In this document: positions 34,632 to 43,184 of the stretch, one piece after another
Numbering within the stretch: the first letter of the stretch is position 1
Layout of the letters: every line of letters begins with the position of its first letter
DNA from: Piptocephalis cylindrospora
Taxonomy: Eukaryota
Direction: 5' to 3'
Assembly: GCA_003614145.1 (NCBI GenBank)
Contig: KZ987731.1
Location: forward strand, 1-43,184
DNA: 43,184 bases
The notes under the pieces: model-generated
Database searches by the model: none
What the model was told of the DNA's origin: nothing
Seen by the model: the letters and a program-made list of their open reading frames with translations, nothing else
Program-made: the position numbers and the translations under genes

Positions 34632-35660
34632 ATGGACAAGGAAACCACCGCCATGACAGCAGCAGCAGCACCAGCCCCTTTCTCTTCCTCCACTGCCTCG
34701 GTGGACACTGCCTCTCAGCCTGGTCAGGCCCCTGTCCCTACCCCCGCCCCTATGCAGTCTACTTCCCATGGTAGCTCCCCAAATCCCCCAGTCGCTGGTG
34801 GAAATATCTCGGAAAAGCCGGCCAAAAGGGCTATTACTCTATGTGGGAAGCGCATTGAGCTGGACTGGCGTCTTCTGATTAATTGGCAATTCGATCAACT
34901 CGATCCCTACCGGCCTGTCACGTCCCCATGTCTACGGCCCAGTCACTACTGGGTGCTCCGGGCTCTCTTCGCCATATGGCTCATTGTCACCTTTGTCCTG
35001 TCCTTGGCCGGTCGGGCCCAGGGGGGCATCCTCCATCGGTGGCCTTATACCTTGGAAGGCTTTCTCAATGCCGGCTTCATGATCTACATGATCTCGGCCA
35101 CCTTCCATACCTGGAGGTACGCCACGAACCGGAGAACCCTTCTGCATTCCAAATGGTGGATGGTGCCTCATCACATCCTTTGGTGTACTCTGGGTACCAT
35201 CACCATCTTCTCCACGGTCGGTTACTGGTCCTACGTTTACGACTCCCAATTTGTCAACTCTCGCCTCCTCTGGTTCACCGCCATCTCTCAGAATGTTATC
35301 AATCCCTTGATCCTCATTGCCGAATTTATCCTCGGTCGTCAAGAGTATCGACTCGTCGACAATATCTGGGCCACCATCGTCTTCCTCTTCTACATGTTTT
35401 GGATGTGGATTGTCGCCGGCTACTCTGGCGTATGGGGCTATTGGATCATGGGATGGGACCAGGGTAGCGCTTGCATCAAGTGGTACTTTATCGACACTCT
35501 CCTTATCTTTGTCGCCTTTTTCGCCATTGTCTTCCTCACCCGTGCCCGCGATCATCTCTGGAGCACCCGGGCCTGGTATCCTCTTCCCCCGGATCGGGCT
35601 ACCACATCCAGCTGGCCCTTCAAGACCAATAGGCATGCCGGCCCTACCCTCCCTATCTGA
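34632..35660 (+). CDS. Intronless multi-pass membrane protein, FAR-17a/AIG1/Rolling-stone-like (342 aa)
   Basis: About 6 hydrophobic helices; PVTSPCL...WVLRALFAIW, TVGYWSYVY, ISQNVINPLILIAEFIL and GVWGYWIMGW are spaced as I recall for this family. Confidence 0.6.
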   Translation: MDKETTAMTAAAAPAPFSSSTASVDTASQPGQAPVPTPAPMQSTSHGSSPNPPVAGGNISEKPAKRAITLCGKRIELDWRLLINWQFDQLDPYRPVTSPCLRPSHYWVLRALFAIWLIVTFVLSLAGRAQGGILHRWPYTLEGFLNAGFMIYMISATFHTWRYATNRRTLLHSKWWMVPHHILWCTLGTITIFSTVGYWSYVYDSQFVNSRLLWFTAISQNVINPLILIAEFILGRQEYRLVDNIWATIVFLFYMFWMWIVAGYSGVWGYWIMGWDQGSACIKWYFIDTLLIFVAFFAIVFLTRARDHLWSTRAWYPLPPDRATTSSWPFKTNRHAGPTLPI

Positions 35661-35675
35661 GCCTTTTCTACGTAT

Positions 35676-35905
35676 GAGAGAGAGAGAGAGAGAGAGGAAG
35701 GATTTGTGGTGTGGGAGATGATCGATGAAAACATATCCGACACAGACATGCGTAAATTTATTTATGAATCATCATTGATCAAAAAGGATGAAAATGAAGA
35801 GGGTGTATTTATGGATGGAGGGGAGGGGAAGAATTATCCAATGGGGGAGGGGGGGGGGGGGGGGGCGCCCCAGGGAGAAAAAAAAAAAAAAAGGGAGAAA
35901 AAAAA
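35676..35905. repeat. (GA)n microsatellite with poly-G and poly-A tracts in the gap between convergent 3' ends
   Basis: (GA)n at 35676-35696, a G-run at about 35849-35865 and A-runs at about 35878-35905. Confidence 0.8.
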
Positions 35906-35946
35906 GCCAACCCAAAAATCCCAATGCACGCGGGTGAGCGAGTGAG

Positions 35947-36957
35947 TTAGGAGGCCATGGCCTTCAAGGCCTTGAGTTCCTCAGCAGCCCGGGATTCGGC
36001 CTCATGAGCCGAGCCAAGCTGCTTGAAGAGAAGCTTATTCGTGTACGTCAATTGATCCACCTTGTCCGTTGCCGCCTGGAGCTTCTGAGTCAGCAGGGCC
36101 AGCTTGGTCTCGGCCTCCACGAGATCCTGGGAGGAGGAGGCAGCGGGGGTCACCGCAGCCTGGGAGGCCTGCCCAAGGGAACCGTTGACCTGGGAGGAGG
36201 GGGGGAGGGACTTGGTCTGTTGCTTCTTGGAACGACGGCCCTGAACCGGAGAAAAGTCAGATTCGTCACCATCGCCCATGTTGCCGCTCCCATCGGATAC
36301 GCGGGACTCTTGAAGAGTGGGGAGGGAGGGGGTGGCAGAGTGCTGGATGGGCACGACATCCTCAACCGCATGGCTGTTAGGCTCAACCGTCACCGGGGCA
36401 GGGGAGGAAGACTTGGAGTCATGGAACGCGGCCGGGGTTTCAGTGACCTCGGGGGTGGTAGCAGCAGCGGCCTTCTTCTTCTTCTTCTTTTCCCGACGCA
36501 GGGCATTCTTGGCTGCAGCATCCGAGTTCTTGGATGTGGAGGAAGTTTCGGGGACAGAGGCAACAGGAGTAATCTCCTTCTTGGCAATAGGGGCAGCTTC
36601 CTTCTTAGTAGGAGTCACAGACCGCTTCTTACCCTCAAGGGCATCAAAGGGGTTGGATCCAGCCACTGAGGGAGATACTTCCTCCTCGGATTCGGATTCC
36701 TCAACAGGGGGAGCGGGAGCAGACTTTTTGGCAGGAGCAGAGGAGGAAGCCTTCTTCTTGGAAGCCTTGGACTTGCCAGAAGAAGAACGATCTTGCTTCT
36801 TGCTTTGAGACAGTTCCTTTTCAAATGCAGCGGCCTTTTCAGCCGAAAAGGACGAGGAGGAAGAAGAGGAGGATGTCTGGGCCGGCTTCATGTAGTAGCT
36901 GGTCAAGAGGACGCAAAGGAGCGCCAGACCAACGTACGACAAAACAGTGTAGAGCAT
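35947..36957 (-). CDS. Hypothetical N-terminally anchored low-complexity protein with a C-terminal coiled coil (336 aa)
   Basis: Signal-anchor MLYTVLSYVGLALLCVLLTSYY; S/K/A/P-rich body; coiled coil DLVEAETKLALLTQKLQAATDKVDQLTYTNKLL; codon usage similar to the housekeeping genes. Confidence 0.7.
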   Translation of the reverse strand: MLYTVLSYVGLALLCVLLTSYYMKPAQTSSSSSSSSFSAEKAAAFEKELSQSKKQDRSSSGKSKASKKKASSSAPAKKSAPAPPVEESESEEEVSPSVAGSNPFDALEGKKRSVTPTKKEAAPIAKKEITPVASVPETSSTSKNSDAAAKNALRREKKKKKKAAAATTPEVTETPAAFHDSKSSSPAPVTVEPNSHAVEDVVPIQHSATPSLPTLQESRVSDGSGNMGDGDESDFSPVQGRRSKKQQTKSLPPSSQVNGSLGQASQAAVTPAASSSQDLVEAETKLALLTQKLQAATDKVDQLTYTNKLLFKQLGSAHEAESRAAEELKALKAMAS

Positions 36958-37179
36958 ATCCGGGGACTTCAGTGCAGGGCAGAGGACAATGGGTTCAAGG
37001 TACTTGGGGGCAGGTGGTGGGGAATCTCCGTAGAAACGGTCCGGGGGCGTGCCAGTGGGGACGAGAGGGGAGGGGGGGAAGGGGGAAAGGGGAAAGAAGA
37101 AGGATGTTGCTGGGAGGAGAGGGCCCTCTTACAAACCTTCATCTCACCCCCGTGTTTTGTACCAGGAGGCTCACTCCCA

Positions 37180-37238
37180 TAGTGTATAGTGTGTAGTGTA
37201 TAGTGTGTAGTGTGTAGTGTAGTGTGTAGTGTGTATAG
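37180..37238. repeat. Imperfect (TAGTG/TAGTGTG/TAGTGTA)n tandem repeat
   Basis: tagtgtatagtgtgtagtgtatagtgtgtagtgtgtagtgtagtgtgtagtgtgtatag read directly, in the divergent intergenic region. Confidence 0.85.
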
Positions 37239-38376
37239 GTGTGTGTGGGAGAAGGAGAGTGGGCCCGCTCTATACCGCTCTCTATACTATCATCGTAGAT
37301 GCCTCTGGTTTCTTCGGTATGGGAATGTGAGATCCCTCAGCCTGAGGAGACCTTTCTTACCCTGGAGAGACCCCTCTTCCCTCTAAAGCCTAGTGAGAGA
37401 CATACTTTGTCTAGGATTTGGACAGGGAAATGCCAGCACACATCCAACGTCTCATTGTCGTGGGTAGAGTGCATTGGCTGAAAGTACTGTGTGAGCAGCC
37501 CATTTCTCCCTCCTCTCCAAAATCTCATCCATCCAGCTCCGCTCTTACTCATTCAAATAGCATCAAAAATCCCAAATTACACGCCATTTTCCCTTTTTAT
37601 ATTGATCTCTCCACGTTGTCCCCAGCCAGCCAACCATTCCTCTTGTCGTCGGAGTTTTCTCTGTCTCCGACTCCTCCGCGCCAATAAAAAACCCTTCCCT
37701 GACTCACTCCCTTTTTTCACTCTCATTGACACTGTCATGGCCTCGTAGCCCCGTGCCAATCATCCTCTCCTAGGCACACTCCGACCATCAGCGCCCACAC
37801 TGTCCTTTCACTTATGACCCAGGTCTCCCACCCAGCCCAGCTACTAGATATAGGGCAGGCTTCTCTGCTGTGCCACCCCCCACCCCTCCCACTCTTCCCC
37901 CTCACCCCCACCTCCCAGCCCAGCCTAGTGTTCCCCTTCTATTACGAAATCACCCTAACTTACTCTTGGCCCCACACCTTGTGCCCGCCCTTACCCCTTC
38001 CTCCTTCCTCCTTACGTTACCTTTCTCTCTCCTTTCTTTTCCTTCCAACCCCAACACACCCTTCCTCTTTCCCACTCTCTATCCTTTCTAGCTTTCCTCA
38101 GCTACTTCCTCTTCCTAGGACTACCTTGTGTGCTGTCGATACGTCTGTGTGTCTTCCCCCCCATCCCCCCAGTGTGATCTTCTTTCTTTACCCCTAAGGC
38201 TTGACTTCACGCTACCCCCTCCTCCAACACACATTACTATCTCCCCTCCAATCCAGCCATCACCCTCCACAGACGACTGACGCCCCTCATCCCTCGCCTT
38301 GACCCCAATATATCACTCCCCTTCCAGTGATCCCCCCCGGCCCAACCGCTCAGTATTCTTCCCTTCTCAACTTACC

Positions 38377-41078
38377 ATGGTCTACTCCTCCCTCTTCCGC
38401 TCGGAGGAGATGTCCCTCGTCCAGCTCTATATCCCCATGGAGGTTGCTCAACCCACCGTAACCCGTCTGGGTGAGCAAGGTCAGCTTCAGTTCCGTGATC
38501 TCAACCCCAAAGTCAATGCCTTTCAACGGGCCTTTGTTGGTGAAGTCCGTCGTCTGGACGAGATGGAGCGTAAGCTACGTAAGTCCTTCCTACTCTTCCC
38601 AGAGTCGTGATTCATCCTCACATCCCCCCTTCCCTTCTCTCTTTCATCCAGGATTCTTGGCTGCTCAGACGGAAAAGGCTGAAATTCCCGTTCGTCCCGT
38701 CCCCGAACATGGCGATCTCCTCTCCAGGCCAAGGACTACCCAACAGATGGATGAGCTTGAATCCGCCATCAACGCCCATGAAGCCCGCGTCCTCCAGCTC
38801 AATAACTCCCACGAGGCCCTACTCCGTCGTTCCCTTGAGCTCACTGAGATGAAGCATGTCCTTCACGAGACCGCCTCCTTCTTCAGTGCCGCCGAGGGCC
38901 GTGGTGAGGACCTTCGTCGTGCCTCTTCGGCCGGCGCTGGTACCGGTGTCAATGACTCCCTCCTCCAATCCCATTACCATATGGAGGAGGGCGGGGGTCC
39001 CGCCTCTGGTCCTGCTACCTCCTCCCTCACCCTCGGCTTTGTCGCTGGTGTCATCGGTCGCTCCAAGGTCCCTACCCTGGAACGTGTTCTGTGGCGTGCC
39101 CTCCGTGGTAACCTCTACCTCAATTATGCTGACATCCCCGAATCCGTCATCGACCCCTCCACCGATGAGGTCGTCGACAAGTCTGTCTTCGTCGTCTTTG
39201 CCCATGGTCGCGAGATCCTCGCAAAGTCCCGCAAGCTCGCCGAATCCCTCGGTGCCACTCTCTACCCCGTCGATGGTGATGTCGCTGCCCGTCGTGAGTC
39301 GGCCCTCGCCGTCGTCTCCCGTCTCGAGGACCTCAACGCCGTACTCTACAACACCAACCGTACCCGCAAGGCCGAGCTTGCCTCTGTCGCTGAACACCTC
39401 GCCGTCTGGCTCACCATCGTCCGTAAGGAAAAGGCCGTCTACCACACCATGAACCTTTTCAACTACGATCGTAATCGTAAATGTCTCATCGCCGAGGCCT
39501 GGTGCCCCACCCTGGATATCCCCAATGTTCAGGGCATCCTTCGCTCCTCCTCCTCCCCCGGTTTCGAGGAGGGGTACGACCCCGCCGGCGGCACCATGCC
39601 CTCCATTCTCCACGAACTTCCCACCACCCTCACCCCCCCCCACTTTTCATAGGACCAACAAGTTCACCGCTGGTTTCCAGGGTATCATCGATGCCTACGG
39701 TGTCGCCAAGTATGGTGAGGTCAACCCCGGCCTTTTCACCGTCATCACCTTCCCCTTCCTCTTTGCCGTCATGTTCGGCGATATTGGTCACGGTATTCTC
39801 ATGGCTTCGGCCGCTGGCTACCTCTGCTGGAAGGAGAAGGGTCTCGCCAAGTTTGATGGTGGTGAGATCTTTGACATGATGTTCGGTGGCCGATACATCA
39901 TCCTCCTCATGGGCCTCTTCTCCATCTACACCGGTGCCATCTACAATGATATCTTCTCCCAATCCATGCACATCTTCCACTCGGGCTGGGAATACCGTGA
40001 TGTTCAGGCCAACCAGACCACCTCGGCTCACCAAGTTGGCATCTACCCCTTTGGTCTCGACCCGGCCTGGCACGGAACTGAGAATATGCTCATCTTCTCC
40101 AATTCCTACAAGATGAAGATGGCCGTTCTCTTTGGCGTCGCCCAGATGACCTTTGGTATCTGTCTGCAACTCTGGAACTTTACTCACTTTAAGAAGCGTA
40201 TCTCCATCCTCGCCGAATTCGTCCCCCAGATGATCTTTATGCAAGCCATCTTTGGCTACCTCTGTGTCACCATTCTCTACAAGTGGTCCGTTGACTGGTC
40301 TACCACCGATGCCGCTGCCCCCAACCTGCTCAACATGCTCATCTTTATGTTCCTCTCTCCTGGTAATGTCTCTGAGCCCCTCTACGCCGGCCAGTCCCTC
40401 GTCCAGCAGATCCTCCTTCTCGTCGCCTTTATCTGCATCCCCTGGATGCTCCTCATGAAGCCTCTCATTCTCAAGCGGGAGCACGCCGCGAAGGTCGAGG
40501 CCGGTTACCAAGCCGTTGCCCCCTCCTCCCCCAGAGCCTCCCACTCCCGGGACTCCCTGGACTCGGCTGGACCCACCGACCCCAACACCTCCTCCGCTTC
40601 CTCCCATGAGGAGGATCCGGCAGCTGGAGTCATTGCTTCGGCCGGTCATGACGAGGAGGGTGGTGATGATGGTCATGGAGGCGAGGGAGGTGAATTCAAT
40701 TTTGGCGATATCATGATCTACCAGATCATCCACACTATCGAGTTCTGTCTCGGATGCATCTCCAACACCGCTTCCTACCTCCGTCTCTGGGCTTTGTCCC
40801 TGGCCCACGCCCAGCTTTCCGCTGTCCTCTGGGACATGACCCTGGCTTCCTGCTTTGCTATGTCCCCCAGTGCCATGCCCGTCGGTCTCGTCATTGGCTT
40901 TGCCGCCTGGTTCATCATGACCATCTCTGTCATGCTTATCATGGAAGGTCTCTCTGCTTTCCTTCATGCCCTTCGTCTTCACTGGATGGAGTTTGACAAC
41001 AAATTCTACGAGGGTTCCGGCAAGGCCTTTATGCCCTTTGCCTTCCGTACCATCCTTGATGACAATGCTGAGGAATAG
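38377..41078 (+). CDS. VPH1: V-type ATPase V0 subunit a, with intron 38579-38651 and an apparent +1 frameshift at 39633-39641
   Basis: [123 protein letters not shown]. Confidence 0.95.
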
Positions 41079-41403
41079 GGCTGTGTCTTGTGAATCCATT
41101 GAGGCATGCTCCACGGGAATGATTCTTACATTTCCTTTTTCCTCTCCCTCCCTTTTTCCTCCTCTCTCCAGCAATACATGCCTATTCTTGTGTGTGTCTC
41201 TTCTCTCTTCTCCATGAATCATGGTACATTATCAACAGGAGGTTAGGAAGATTGGAATTGATCATGGCCAGTCCAATTCAATGCAACCCAGGATTTACAT
41301 CTCAGAGGAAAAACAAAAAAAAAACAGGCCGATTCCCCATTATCCTGTGCCACAACCTTGTTCTCACTTTATCATCACTCCTTCCTCCTCCACCAACAAC
41401 GAC

Positions 41404-43184
41404 ATGCTCCTCACAGAAGCAAAAGATGTGGCCTCCTTGCATGGGACCTTGCAGACTACAGGGCTAATTGGTCCCATCACCGGGCTCGAATTTGTGGAGG
41501 CGCCCAAGGGGCACCAAGGGCGGCTCTTGCTTGTCCTGGTCGGGTCCAGACTACGTGTCCATCGAGTTGGTCTACAAGACGAAGGGGGTGTCCCAGGCAT
41601 GGAATGCCGCCTTGGCCAAGGCTTCCGTGGACATGGCATGACTCTGGGTAAGGTGTAAGGATATTAAGGGTGGAGCGACCATCCGACTCATCCAGCCTGC
41701 TCGTATAGACCGGATCAACCCTGGTGCCACAGATAAGGAGCATATTCATATTCTGGTCTGGGGTGGGAAACGGGCGGTCCAGGTGAATTTACAAGTAGTT
41801 TGGTCATCAGACGGCCCCATTCTCCCTCAGCCTGCCCATCTCCATCCATTATCGGAATCCCAGGATTGGATCCTCGATGCCCATCTCCTACGTCTCTATC
41901 CTCAAGATACTCATCCTCGGTTCCTGGCCTCTATCGACACCCATAATCAGCTTCTCGTCCGCTCTTACCCCGAGCTCACCATTCTAGCTCGATACCAATG
42001 CTCTGAACGGTGTCTTTTGTACTGTGCACGCCTACGAGGTGGGCGAACCCTAGAGGAGGGTTTGATCGTGGCCTCGGGCACCGTCTTTCAAGGTGTCCTT
42101 CTTTGGTCTGTCTCTCTCCAGGAAGCCCCAATCCCCGAGCTGACGGAGGTGGAGGTGGACCAACGCTTTACTGACCATGAGGGTGTCATCTTTTCTGTTC
42201 GCTTCTCTTCCTCGGGGGACCAGGTCATTTCAGTTTCGGATGACCGATCCATCCGCATCTGGCCGAGACAGATGGTCAATAGCGCCAAAAGGCATCCAAC
42301 GGTCCTCTATGGTCATCAAGCAAGAATCTGGGATGCCATCCTCCTAAACCAGGAGGGAGAGGATCTTGTGGTTAGTGTCGGCGAAGATGCCACTTGTCGT
42401 GTCTGGGACCTTGCTGAGGATACCACAGGCCAGAGCGGAAGGGCTATTGCCTGCTGGGAGGGTCATGCGGTCAAGCACATCTGGTCCCTGGCCATCAGTA
42501 AATCCGGTGGCCTGGTTGCCACCGGTGGAGGGGATCATGGAGTTAAGCTTTGGTCCTTGGACGGGGTTCTCCAAGGTCGTCGAGGTCAGGGTGAAGTAGA
42601 ATCTCAAGCCCTGCATACATGGCCCTTTCCCCAGGTAGACGAGTATCTTCAGGAGGACTTTGGTCCATCCAAGGACCTGTGGAGCTCTGAGGCCTTTAGG
42701 AACTTTGTCCTACTTGATCCCATTTCTCTAGCCATAGTCACCAGCGCTGGGTAAGTCTAGAATAAGACAGAGACGGATATCTATCTCTCATACCACCCTT
42801 CCCATGATAGATGTGTGGTTCATTGTAGCAAAGACAAGAAATCACCCTCTAGACTCCTGCACTACTCATCTCATCTTGCCGGATATGCCTCCATGACCTC
42901 GTCAGAGGATGGAAGACTCATTGTGTGTGGAGGTCTGGAGGGCCACTTGATCCTGATCCTTCCTGAATCCCTGGACCAGGTACATCTTTATCCACTGATC
43001 TTTTTCAAGCCTACAGCCTCACTCACCCTTCATTCTCGCTTTTCCCTAGATCATCACGCTTCATCCTCATAAGGCAAAGGTTTCGGATGTATTTGTCCAA
43101 GAGGCAGATGGGCCAGATGGAGGCTGGGTGGTGTTTTCCGTGGGTTTAGACTCAACTCTCCTGCAGCACCGAATCTTTCTTTCC
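41404..43184 (+). CDS. RTT10: WD40 protein WDR6/Trm734 (tRNA 2'-O-methyltransferase cofactor); 3' end lies outside the window
   Basis: GPITGLEF; VWGGKR; DWILDA; ERCLLYCA; VASGTVFQGVLLW; HEGVIFSVRF; SVSDDRSIRIW; GHQARIWD; SVGEDATCRVW; ATGGGDHGVKLW. Introns 41648-41708, 42751-42810 and 42980-43049. Confidence 0.85.

Noticed and set aside
34883..36808. Alternative-frame and antisense ORFs over the two genes at 34632-36957
   Set aside because: They lie entirely within better-supported CDSs and have low-complexity translations.
37180..37238. CRISPR array or interstitial telomere
   Set aside because: Short units with no spacers, a eukaryotic context, and no TTAGGG match.
38819..41222. Long antisense ORFs (274 aa and 530 aa) over VPH1
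   Set aside because: These are shadow ORFs caused by strong C-ending codon bias of the sense gene; the translations show no recognisable domain.

Overview
A gene-dense, intron-containing eukaryotic (fungal) window with no prokaryotic features, CRISPR arrays, rRNA or tRNA that I can recognise. I spliced about 20 protein-coding genes by hand using GT-AG introns of roughly 60-200 nt. Housekeeping genes: PTS1-bearing peroxiredoxin, Ydc2/Cce1 resolvase, SmG, proteasome beta-3, ITFG1, CMR1/WDR76, CLP1, NAC-beta, RAMP4, SEC10, DPB2, VPH1 and a truncated WDR6/TRM734. Retention of ITFG1 and CCDC77 suggests an early-diverging fungus; a Zoopagomycota/Piptocephalis-like identity is only my guess. Most interesting: (1) a CCDC77-like centriolar coiled-coil gene in a possibly non-flagellated fungus; (2) an accessory block between PUP3 and ITFG1 holding a secreted two-HKD phospholipase D, a small 2-TM orphan and a stand-alone H-Y-E ADP-ribosyltransferase; (3) a 128-aa orphan with a neurabin/Bni4-type PP1-docking motif; (4) a +1 frameshift in a C9 run in VPH1; (5) an MCB-box cluster upstream of DPB2; (6) ATG-only and 6-nt coding micro-exons. 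All family calls come from recalled motifs, not database searches.
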